From assembly GCA_907165135.1 (NCBI GenBank), contig OU015569.1:7440001-7504000 (forward strand): a stretch of DNA of 64,000 bases. Reading direction: 5' to 3'. Of this stretch, positions 36,247-48,167 are shown in pieces. Within the stretch, counting starts at the first letter, position 1; each line of letters begins with the position of its first letter. The notes under the pieces were generated by a model. The model saw only the letters and a list, made by a program, of their open reading frames with translations, searched no databases and was not told where the DNA came from. A program made the position numbers and the translations under genes. Source of the stretch: Oikopleura dioica (lineage: Eukaryota > Animalia > Chordata).

Positions 36247-39200
36247 ATGAGATTTTTACATTTGAAAGAAGATAACAACCAATTTTACAATCTTACTTAT
36301 CTTGGAGTTCTTCTTAATCAGGAGAAGAAAAAACCTGACAAGCGTCGATTAGAGAAACTGAAAACTCTCATAGATCCGAAACGTGCAAAAAATCCCTGTC
36401 GTGCTGATTACTCCAAATTTATCGACTTTCAGAAGAAATACGGACTTTTTAAAATCCCATGTTTATCAGGAAAATATTCAAAATTTTAATAATAAATGGC
36501 ATTGAACGATAAGTTTTGAAATTTCGAAAAGCACTGGAAAGCGACTTTAATGTCCATTTCACAATCTATCAGAAAACAGCGAATGGCGGCGATAGTCTTT
36601 TTTATAAAACGCAGCATCCGGGTCCAGGCAGTGTCGGTCTGACGTTTTTCTTCAAAGACCAGCGTTTTAATGGATTCAATCAGCTTAAGCTTCTTGACGA
36701 TGGATTTATCAACCATGGAATTGACCGGATAAATACTCTTGAGCTGACCATCTTCGAAGCCGTTGCGAAAGTGAAAAACAAGGATTTATACAAGTGCCCG
36801 AGGTTGTTTTTCAAAAAAGCAGCCGAAATACGACAGAAATGGATCGACTTCGCACAAACAAGTGATATCACAGTCTCCAATTACAAGAATTTCTCGAGGT
36901 TGTTTAATGTCAAACTTGTTCTTTGGCGCAGACTGTCAAGGCCTGGTGCTGACAGAGTTTCCAGACAGCTAGATTTTTATTGTGGCTCTGGAAAAATACT
37001 TCAACTGGAGCTTTCGAAGGATGATCAGACGAAAACATTCTCGGATAGTACATTCTTTAAGCTTCTGCCCGAGCAAATCAATTTTGACCTCTGTCCAACG
37101 CCTAATTGCTCCTTCAGCTGCTCAGATCGTGCAAAATTTTCGAAACATCTGGAAACATGTACTGACAAAACAACTTTCTCACATAAACAGAAGAAATATG
37201 GAATGTTTACTGATCACACTCGTTACGATCTGATTTACGACAAGATTTTGCGTCCAAATGAGTTTCATCAAAGCTTTGTGGCTTTTGACATTGAAACTGC
37301 TTCTGTCCCAAGGTCCGAAAAAGAGAAGAACATAAGTTCCACGACTGAGGAATTGTCTGCGTATAAGCTGATCTCTATTGCATGGCATGCGTACAACCCA
37401 GCCGGAGACGAGTATACAAAGAAATTTCTATGGCGCAGAGGGACAAGTCAAGAATCTCTTTTCTCCTTGCTTGATGAATTTTACGTGGACTTATGTGATA
37501 TTCAGGAAGAATTTAATAGGACTCTCTCGAGAAAAATCGATAATGAGAAATGGCGCTTGATCCGATTGAAGAATAGTGAGAAATTTCACAATTTTCCAGT
37601 TGAAAAGCAAGCAGAACTCTGTGATAGGCTCAAATATCTTGATGATTTCTATTCTCTCAATGTTTATGGTTGGAATAGCGAACGCTTCGACTTGACTGTT
37701 ATAATCAATGCTCTGACTGAAGTTGTTCGTCGTAGACATCCCCACTTACTAGTCACAAAGCGAGACAAGGACACTCGTTTTGAGCCAAAGATGAATATGA
37801 TCCAGAGAGGCGCCGGAACAATGCTTGCTTCCTATGGCAATATCAAATTTAAGGACATGATGAATCTCGTTGAAAGAGGGACATCGCTGGAAAAGGTAAA
37901 AGCGCAGATTGAAAATCCTGTTTTAATTTTTGTTTGTTAGTTCGTGCAATCACTTGGTTTGCAGATAGCAAAGGCTGTTTACCCATACGAACGTTTCAAA
38001 GACACTGACGAGCTCATCAGTTACAAAGGATTCCCACCGTACTCCGACTTTTATAGCTCTTTCTACATTCCTGTCGAGAAAGAAGTTCACCTGGTCAACA
38101 AATTTCTTATTGAACACTGCTGGACGATTGATGATCTTGCTGCTGAAATTGATGTCCCTGTAGAAAAACTCAACAGTCTAGCAGATAGTTTTGAGTGTTG
38201 CTATGAAACCACCGATGAAAATATCGAGCTTCTTGCTAAGAAATGGGAAATACCAATTGATGAAATCAAATATTTCGCAGAAAACTCTTTTCGCTGTTTT
38301 GCAATCAACGAAGAGTCCAAAAAATTTTTCAATATCTCAGTGGATAAATACTTGGCTTCAAAGGACTTATTCGAAGAAGAAAAATGTGAAACGATGCTCG
38401 ATTGGCTGCGTGTCTATAATCTCATCGACACAGACATGCTAAGCCAAGGCATTGTAGAATACAGTAACCAGTTTGCCGAAAAATTTAATGTGAATATCCA
38501 TCAATATATCTCATTGGCGCAAGTTGCTGAAAAGATTGCGTTTGGTAAATACGCGCGTGCGACACCCATCTACTCGATCACTGATGCTGAATTGAGAAAG
38601 GACATCCGTGAAGCCTTGACAGGAGGAATGACGCACGTGTTTCACCGACTGATCGAATTGAACCAACCAGATGGGCCTCTTCCACATGCCGCCCGATATG
38701 CTGACAATGGCGAACTCTTCAAAATGATTAAACAGCTTGATGCGAATAGTTTGTATCCTTTTACTCTACAGGATTCTCTGCCATGTGGTCCTGGAATCGC
38801 TGTATATCCTGGGGATATCGGTGACGCTACTCGTGTTGGTGATGTTGGATATTTCAAGTTGAATCTGCTCTATGAGGGCAAAGAATCAATCTCCCTCAAA
38901 AGCTTGCAGTATCTAGAATATCTGCGACATCAATCTGGTGTGGATATCCAACATGCGTATCACATAGGCGAAAAGAAAATTGGGAAGTATTCTCTTGATG
39001 GATATTATGAGAAAGACAATATCAGATGGGGAGTTGAGTTTTACGGCTGCTATTGGCACAAATGTCGTTCATGTAAAATCCAAACAAATGAGGACGCTGA
39101 CGAAGAACGGGACAAGGAAAGAAAGAAATTCATAGAGAAGAAAATCGACATCCTTAAAATAAAGCGAGAATGTCACTTCGACAAATTTATGAAAAGAAAC

Positions 39201-40703
39201 ATGGCCGATGAAGAATTCGCTCGTAATGCCAGAGAAAATTGGGCTCCAGATTGGTGTCCTTTTCTTTTCCACGATAAGAAACTAAGAGAAAAAGATCTAA
39301 TCGATGCTCTGATGGAACGAAAAGTTTTTGGATTCGCAATGGTGGAAATTGAGCCAAGTAAAGCTGTTTATAATCGATATGGAGATCTGAAATTTCCTAT
39401 GATTTTTAAGAAAACCCAGATAGAAAGAGATATGCTATCTGAAAATCAAAAAATCGGAAATCTTGAGATGCCTGTGAGCCAAAACACATTGATTTATAAT
39501 TCTAGCGGAGAAAAAATGCTTCTTATCACTCCTCTACTGTATTTTTATTTGGATATGGGATATATTATTAAGGTTCGCTAAAAGATTTTTTAAACTTAAT
39601 CATGTCGCTTTTAGAAGGTTCATTATCTTCTTATGTACAATAAGGAAAAACCGATGGCTCCTTTCGTCGATAGACTGGTCGCTGATCGAATCCGGTATCA
39701 TATTGCCGAGAACAAAGTTGGCGAAAAACTTTCAAAGCTGGTACTTAATATTGTCACTGGTTTGTTTGGCAAGAATGTTTCTAAATACAGGGAAACAAAA
39801 TACATCGATGATGCTGATTTATACCGCTACATCAGATCGCCTTTGCTCGAAAAAAATGAAATCATCAGTGCTGAAGGACCCACATCTTTGGTCAAAATTG
39901 TCAAAAAGAAGAAAACGCAGAGAGATAGCGTTCCAACACATATTTCAGCATTTAGTATGTCTTTGTTCGTGAATTGGTCTCTTAATATTTTTTAAGTCTA
40001 TCAGAAAAGCAAATTGGTCATGTTCAATTTCATTGATAATATATGCACTCATCTGAAGGAAGGATCATTCAAACTTTGCTACGCAGACACCGATTCGATT
40101 ATGATTGCTTATACAGGTGATGATGTTGAAACACTCGTCAAATCTGAGAAGAAGGAGTCATGGAAAAATTTCGTTGACACATGGATGGTTCCTGAAAAAG
40201 TCACTGACCAGATGCTGCGAGAATCAAATAACTCTAAGAAGGAAGCCGAAAAATTGCTGAAAAAATTGGAGAAAACGCCGGGTTTATTCAAAATCGAGGG
40301 TGGGATATATGGGCAAGGCACTTATTGCGGCTTGAGCTCTAAATGTTATATTCTCAAGGGTAAAAATGATAAGGGGGATATAAAAATAAAAAAATCAACG
40401 AAAGGCTTGGGTTAGAAAGTATTCAATAAGTTAATTTCAGCTCACTTGTAACAATAAAACCATTCTTTCAACTCATAATAAGGCGTCAAGAAGGATATTG
40501 AAACACCGGTGGAACATTTCGTACGTTCTCTCCTTAACGATGAAAAGTTCAGCGCTACAATGACAGGCATGGTAGCCCGTAAAAACGAGATCGTCATTCG
40601 AAAAACAACAAAGAATGCACTGAACAATGTCTATGTAAAATGGCAGATTGCTGATGACCAAGTGACTGCAACCCCACTCAAAAACGCATCTGGATATATT
40701 TGA
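36247..40703 (+). CDS. Protein-primed family B DNA polymerase (pPolB), 6 exons
   Basis: ExoI FDIET, ExoII WNSERFD, ExoIII YNLID, motif A DANSLYP, motif B KLVLNIVTG, motif C YADTDS, KxY and spliced KGV; VSR-like insert (LDGY..VEFYGCYWH); zinc finger CPTPNC..H..C. Introns 36470-36513 (GA-AG), 37896-37940, 39573-39614, 39955-39996, 40405-40482 (GC-AG). Confidence 0.95.
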
Positions 40704-40901
40704 TTCCTTCAGTCATTTATGTTTTCATTATTTTTTTCGTTTATGTCAACCTTAACATGCTAACAAATAAATTCAAACGGATTTTCACACAATTCACTCT
40801 TTATTTGGATTATCTTTTCTAACGCATGAAAAGCAGATTTGAGAATATACAGGGGCTTCAAAAGTTATCTCTTATGCGGATTTCGTGAGATGTAGGGCGA
40901 T

Positions 40902-43076
40902 TTAAAGACTCTCGTCTGAAGAGAACTCAACGTAGTTCTTCGGTGTCATAAGACGATTGCTTCGTCGTAGTTCTCGGAGAGGTTCAGGTCTTGGTTCAGG
41001 TCGTGATTCTTGGAGAGGCTCAGGTCGTTGCTCTGGAAGTGGTTCAGGTCGTTGCTGTGGAAGCGGCTCAGGTCGTTGCTCTGGAAGTGGTTCAGGTCGT
41101 TGCTGTGAAAGTGACTCAGGTCGTTGCTCTGGAAGTGGCTCAGGTCGTGATTCTTGGAGAGGCTCAGATCGAATTGCTGGAGGAGGAACAGGTCGGGGCT
41201 CTGGAAGTGACACACGTCGTGACTCTGATCTTTGCTGTTGAAGTGCTTGTGGTCGATTGGGGGCGCTTCGTAACTTTTCCAGGCATTGGCTTCGGTTTGA
41301 CCTCGATTTGGTTGACCGATCGAACGGTGACCGCTAATTAAAAGAAGTTTGGATATTTGTCTGATAAAAATAAATTACTTTTGTTATCCTGCTCGAATTG
41401 GACGGTAAGGTTTCGTGGAAGGGTAGTCGCGATCTTGTTTGCAGCTAAAAAGAGGTGAGTAGGAGCTGAAAAAATTGTTGTCAAAGTTACCTGTCTGTAT
41501 TCCAGCCGTTATTGGTGAAGTAATCGGCGCCAAAAAGCTTGTCGATGGTTGCGAATTGCTGGATTTCGGGCTTGGGTTCCATGGAAACTTCCCTCCGCGA
41601 TTAAACACGTTTTCTAGAGGAAAGAGTTAATTTTGTGGCATTCTTATCGGAGAAAAACTTACTTTTTTTTGGGATTTTTTTGGCCGCGTCTTTTGAAATT
41701 GTTTGTTTTTTCTCTTCCTTGATGTCCTTCTTTGTTCCTCCGTCTTCTTCGATATGTTAAAAACGGTAGAAAAGTGAAAACTGATATTACCTTGTGTATT
41801 CGTTTTTTCGGTCTTCTCATCCTTCTTTGTTTTTTGATTGGAGTTGTTTCCACCTTAAATAAAAGTAAGAAATTGCCAAAAAAAGTTCTATTGAGAAAAT
41901 TACCTTGTGAAGTGTCTGATCCGGCATCACCATTGTCATCCTTCTTAGGTTCATCAGGCCGATGGTTTTCATCACTGTCCCTGAAGCCCATTCCAGCGTT
42001 TTTGGGGTGGCTTGTTCGATGCGGGTCATCTTCTTTGTTTTCCTGGTCGCTGTGTTCATTCTTTCGATCCTTGTCTTTGTTCGGACGCCCCATCTCGTAG
42101 TCATGCTCTCGCTGGGATCCCTTGATGCACTTGTACAGCCGGTACACCTTATTCAGTTTGTTTATAGTTTCAGATGATAAAAACTTACAAGATAACCACA
42201 GCCGATGCAAACGACGAGAACAATCATTGCAAGAATAACCAGGACCGCGATCAGCCAACCCGGAATGTTTGCTTCTTTGCTTGCTATGGCAGTCTCCGTT
42301 GTTCCATCCGTCTGAAATAGCTTTTTAGTCTTTCGTTTTTTAAAAGCGCTCTTACTCCAGACATGTCAAAGGACGTTGACGTCTGCACGAAAGAAGTCTG
42401 AGTTGTTTGCGCCTTCAAACCCGTCTGAGTCAATGTTTGTGAAATTACGGAACTTTTAGTTTGAGAAGCCTCTGTGGAATAACCTAGCGTCTCGGCCTCG
42501 AAAACAGCTGTCGTTGCTTTATGGGAAAAATCCTCAAGCGTAGTTACAGCTGTAGTGTCTCGAAAATGAATGGTGGTCTGAGATTCAAAAATAGCCTGAC
42601 TCTGGTCTTGTAGAGATGTAAATGAAAATAAAATTGTAGCTGAGGTATCTTCACGAAACATTGATGTCGGACGCTCAGAATAAACCTCGATATGCTCTTG
42701 GCCAGGAGTCGACAAAAATGTGACCGGCTCGATTAGCTCTTGGCCAGCAGTCGACAAAAATGTGATCGGCTCGATAAGCTCATGGCCAGGAGTCGACAAA
42801 AATATGTTCATATCTGTAGTGACTGACGATGGAATAGAAGTCTCTACGGATATTGACTCGGGCATAAATGTTGGTCGAGTCTGGGGCAAGGAAGATTCCA
42901 GATCATTTACGCTCTTGGAAAACTCAAAATAAGAAGCGGTAGTTTCTCGACTAACAGTTTCCGTAGTAACTTTATATGACTCTGTTTCCTATTTTTTATA
43001 TGAGTGGAATTTGTAAAAATCTTTTTATTACCTCGCCATTGTTGCCGCAAAGTCCGGGAAACCAGTTGCAATTCAT
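40902..43076 (-). CDS. Mucin-like single-pass membrane protein with a repetitive cytoplasmic tail, multi-exon
   Basis: Thr/Ser-rich region with 14-aa repeats (STPGQELIEPVTFL); TM GWLIAVLVILAMIVLVVCIGCGYL|VY at about 42195-42262; charged tail ending in (EQRPEPLP)n. The 3' exon joins are tentative. Confidence 0.65.
40975..41170. repeat. 24-bp coding tandem repeat (RPEPLPEQ)
   Basis: Repeated tcaggtcgttgctctggaagtgg units. Confidence 0.9.
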
Positions 43077-43328
43077 CGCTGTGTATTCTCTTTGAACGTG
43101 GTTTCTTAGTTCTTTGGTGCGAAAATTTTAGGAAACGAGCGTTTATGGGTTTGCTTTGGAGCAACTGCGAAGAGGTCTTGAAAACTTAGCTCAATTGTGC
43201 TATTTGCAATAGCTCCCTCAAGTGCAACAGCGACAAATATTCTCCTTCCAACAGCAATTCTCACGACATTCATCCTTCGTGATAATCCCCCCAAAAAACA
43301 TCAAAGTTTTTTTTTGCAAAAACGAACC

Positions 43329-45002
43329 ATGAGAAAATTCCAAGAAATAAAAAGCTCTTGCGGCTTAAAACGAATACCTCCGAAAAAGATACGTGAGAAT
43401 CAATGGATTGCCAACAAAGATTTCGAAGACATAGGCCTTTGCGGATGGTTGTTTACAATCGAAGACGGATCTAAAAAATTTTACAATGACAGGTATGAAA
43501 AACCCCCTAGTAAAAAGTTCTTATTTGTAATCAGGTTAATCGAACTAACTCTTCACTGCGTCATGGACGGAAGCTCGATAATATTGCTGAGGATTGTCGC
43601 ACCGACTCCGAGGCATCAAATTGTTCTTCAAGAATTCGGGGATGTTCCTCAATTCTCTTTCGTACGTTTTGAAAACGCGCGATTCATGATGCGATTTGAC
43701 GGAAAAATCCAGGTTTATACAATCCTGATGGATATTGGAAACCGGGATGGATGTACTCTCGTTAAAGCAACGGAAAAATGCCTGGACCCTGCATCATTTC
43801 AAGGAGGAATTCTCGACGGCCGGTTTTATTCACTGATTTCAAAGTAAGTTTTTCTTCAAGAAACAATCATAATTTGAATCAAGAGCGATAACGCCCTTTA
43901 CCGGTCAGATGATCTTTGACGAAAACGACGTTGATAACGAATTGAAAAAGATCGCGCGCAACAAACCGTTGTACGAATCATTGTATGCCAATGAAGTCGT
44001 CAAAAACTTGAGTGAGGATGTTTCGATTGCAGAATTTTTGATGCAAGCGCGTTTGTTCTCGTAAGTTTCCAATTTTTCTGATAAAAGCTAACTCAATCTT
44101 ATTTAGGAAACTACAAAATACGTTTTGCGGCCTCCCGATCGGAAAATTCGACAGCGTCAAGGTTACAAGATTTTTTCAAAACAGCAAAAAACTTCCTGAC
44201 TGTCCTGACTCCGACTCTCAAACAGAAACCGTCATTTTGACAGAAGACGAAATTTTGGAGCGACAATTATCGCGGTGTGATTTGAAAATAGAAGACTTTA
44301 GCTCAGTTAGTCTTAATTTTCCGAAGAAAGTTTCATTTCATAATTAAGGATGACACGGATAATGAAGAAAATCTCGATCAAACGGTCCATCGAGGACTGA
44401 TCTTCGGAGAGAGGGAGGAAAGCGATGAGGAAGCAGGATCCGAGAGCGAGTTAATCAATGATGACCCAACTGTGGCGGACGATGACCCACAAGACCTTTA
44501 CACGAGAGATTTCGATGCTGAGAACGAGCAAACTCAAAAAGAACTGAGAGATAACGACGACGAGACGAGCCTTGCGGATAGAATTAAAGCACTCGCAAGC
44601 AACATCAACTCGGAAAGTTCCGACGACGACTCCTTCCAGGCAATCTATTACTTCTATGTGCATATTCTGACTTTTATCTTTTAGCCAGCTAGACCTTCGA
44701 CTCCAATCAATTTTGATTATCAAGACCCAACAAGGATCAATCCTTCAACGCCCCGAAAGAAGAACCCCTTTTTATATCGTCAAAAGTTAGTCTCAACTCT
44801 TATTGAGAATAGTTCTGACTTCAAAATTAAGACTCGCCGGAAAACCGGCATGGAAAAGATTTTTATTTCGTCGTAACTCGGAGGAGATTCAGGTAAATGC
44901 AAAGTTATTCTACCAATCCCAAAGACCTTATTCAAGGAACCAGCTACGAAAAAAGCGAAAACTGATGCAGTCATAACGATTTCGTCCGACTCAGACGAAT
45001 AA
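43329..45002 (+). CDS. Maverick protein with an OB-fold-like N-terminal domain and acidic tail, multi-exon
   Basis: ORF 43197-43847 plus downstream exons; shares motifs with the 45239 protein. Confidence 0.5.
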
Positions 45003-45238
45003 AACAACTCCTCCAGTACTCGACTTATTATAATTATTCATCCTCATCGTTTAGCTTGTCTTTTTATTCTTTCATTTCACAGATCAACTTGTCCACTTTT
45101 TCGCCTTTTTTTCCGCAAAGAAATAAAACTTCCGCGACTATAAAATAACAGTGTCAATTCATTTGCAAACAATTGATTAGCTTAGTTCACGGTTCCGTTT
45201 TTGCACCTCAAAATAGAAAAAAACGAAAAAAGACGTAA

Positions 45239-46136
45239 ATGAAGGCATTTTGTGCTGTTAATCCTGATGAGCTGGCTTCTGTAATCCCAGAGAAAATAGA
45301 CAGCTGGGAAATCGGGAGCTGCAAAAATCGGCGAAATTCTGTTAATCCGTTGATTTCAACTGCTGGCCTGGTTATGTTTAAATCGATTATTCCCGGATGC
45401 TTGCTTACACTATTTCTTCTTAATACTAGAAAAAATATAATCAAAATCACCATCCGCAAAAGACGTGCCGATCCAATTGATATCGAAAGGCTCTACGGAG
45501 AGTTAAATATCTTCGACGCGATTTATCTTGAAAACTTCAGTGTTTCTTGGCGTCATAACTTTCATGGAGTATGTACGATTTGTTTATGGCCAGGGTTCCC
45601 AACTGAAAATTTCTGGGCCTGCTTGAAACTCAAGAAGTTGAATGGGCTTCAAGACGAAAACATATTATCGGGTCTAATAAATGGCAGATTTAGAAAAAAC
45701 GTAGTAAGGTAAAACGCCAAAAACATACAAACTTATTTATAATAACAAGGTTCTTGCCGGTTATTCCCCTTGATTGGAGTTCTTTCGCGTCGTTGGAGAA
45801 AGAAAGAAGAGATTATTTTGATTACGATATCTTTGAAAATTACGACGACATAGACGACTTAGAAAAAAAATGCCAAGAAATTCAACGACCCGTCTTTACT
45901 ACTCGTCGAATTTCAAAGACTTATCGTTTTTTTAATGTAAGATGAATTGCTTGTTATTTAGCTGGCAAAATTTAGTACGAACTCTGAATCAAAACGCAAG
46001 CAAATCGGCTTCAAAGAATTCCCAGATATTCGAAACCTAAATCAAGTCGACTCCCTTCAGCTGACTTATAAATCTGAATCTGAAGTTCAAACCATGTTGC
46101 GAATGCGAAGTGACTGCATAGAAAAATACAAATAGT
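45239..46136 (+). CDS. Paralogue of the 43329 protein (OB-fold-like), multi-exon
   Basis: YGELNIFDAIYLENF vs FGDVPQFSFVRFENA; VCTICL vs VYTILM; SGLINGRF vs GGILDGRF. Confidence 0.5.
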
Positions 46137-46221
46137 ATTGAAGGTAGTTATTTATTTTATTCCAATTGAGTCAGCTACAAGTGTCAACCTGTTTTCAGTG
46201 TACTTCGTCAAAAAAAAATCA

Positions 46222-46663
46222 TCAATCAGCATTCTCTTCGTCGCTCAGATCATCCAAATCTTCATCCACCTCTACGAAACCCTCGTCGTTGTTTTCTTCT
46301 TCATTTTCCATAGCATTGATTCTCACGATTATTTCATCCTCAACTAAAATTCGGGATAAGTGTCTTTATCTGTGTTAAATTTAAAAGCTTACGTCGATCA
46401 GCATCATTTTGCGCTAGCTGTGCAAGTGCTTGATATCTTTCTCTTTCCTGCTGGGCTTCAATAACCCTTTCTTCCATCTCAAACAATCGTAGTTCCAATT
46501 CCTGTCGCTCTTGTTCCAGTGCATTGATTTCATCCTCCCCTAAATCGCATATAATCTTTCTGTCTTACTTAATATCAGACTTACTTTCACTCTCTTTTTC
46601 GAGGGCTAAATCTCGAAGACCGAGGCGGTCTTCGCGTTCTCTCATGAGAGCGTCGATTTCCAT
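46222..46663 (-). CDS. Small acidic coiled-coil protein, 3 exons
   Basis: MEIDALMREREDRLGLRDLALEKE|..INALEQERQELELRLFEMEERVIEAQQERERYQALAQ..|EDEIIVRINAMENEEENNDE..DEENAD*. Confidence 0.55.
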
Positions 46664-48167
46664 TGTCAACACAAAAAAAAATAAATTTCTTGGATAAAAT
46701 GAGCCTTGTCTTCACCGGCGTTTCCTTATAACCGCTAAATCGGTCTGACTGATCAAGAATCGTCAACTGAATCAGACAATGATGGCGAAAAAAGCGAAGC
46801 TCCTAAATCAGCCGATCAAGGGATAAAGGACCACGGAAATAGAAAACAAATGATTCGAGCATGCTGTTCATAGCTTTACGTAACAAGTCGGACAGATAAG
46901 GAATATTGAGGGCAATAGTAAATTTCTGAAGTAGGTCAACCATATAACATCGCTCGGAAAAACTTTTTGAACGTCAATTTCTAGGTCGTTCAAATATTCA
47001 CGACTCTTGATCTCATGCTACGCGCCCTATTTTCTAGCGAATATAAGAAGAAAGTTTCTCCTTCACTTCATAAATAAAAAAATGAGGTGGAAAAATCCCT
47101 TTCGAAAGAGACAACTATTCAAAGTGAAGCTAAATTAGCTATATAAAGTAGATTTCGCTTAAAAACGCTCCGAAGTTTTCAAAATGAAACATTATTTGTG
47201 GTATATTCTTGTTTATTCCAAGCAATTTGATATTTAATTAGTTAAATTAAAATAACCTTTCTCAAAGAGATATATGTTCTTATCATGATAAAATGAATCG
47301 TTATAGTTCACCTAAACAATGTACCTCTTACCATTTACTCTGTTAAAACTACTTTATACTCTTACTGCTTTATTTTATAAAATGATTAACTTATTCTTCA
47401 TTATTGCCATAATAGACAACCTTCATCATATTCGTTTCATCAAATGACAAGCAATACTATCTTTATCAAATTTTATCCCGAAACTTTTGCTCTTTTCCTG
47501 CTTTTTTGAATAAAATGAAAAAATCTGCAAACTCCATGCAACTTTTGAAAACTTTCTTGTTGATGAGATATTTGCAGGAAATGAGACTCGTCTGTTGCTA
47601 TCTTTTCGTACTTTTGGTGAACCAAAAAGTCCGATTATCATGAGAGGAATCCAGAGTTGACCGATAAGCGTCTGTCCTACGAATCTGTTGATTTTGAAGG
47701 GGAGACTTCGCCGCATAAAAAGAATTAGTAAAGATAGCGAGGAAAATATTTGGCTTTTTTTTTCTCCTTCTTTTTATTTTTATTCCGGAAACAGGTGCTT
47801 TTTTGGACTCTGAAAATTGCATCTTGGAAGGTGATCGCTATTTTTCCTTGAGTAAGAATGCATATTTTTTAGTACAATCCACGTACATTTCATATCTCAC
47901 TTTAGTAAAAACTGCGTACCTGCGTCCTTTAGCATTATATACATGCACGAATATCAATTAAGCCCTTTCTTTTGCGTAGGAAAATTGCAATGGAGAATTA
48001 ATACTTCAACAATATTACCGCTTCGCGGTATGCATGCTTCCTAGGATTCAAAACTTAAGAAAAGACAAAATGTCCATTTTGGGCTTCTGTCAATTGGTAA
48101 AATTGATAAAATAGTTTATTCGTTTACGAACAGAGACCACAGTCATAAATTACTACCCATACATTAT

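Noticed and set aside
40957-41341. Plus-strand Gly/Ser/Cys-rich and Val-rich ORFs
   Set aside because: Shadow frames of the 24-bp minus-strand RPEPLPEQ repeat.
47426-47822. PP1-binding RVxF motif (RRVSF), also KKISW near 33660, as GADD34-like mimics
   Set aside because: Short motifs arise by chance and the ORFs lack support.
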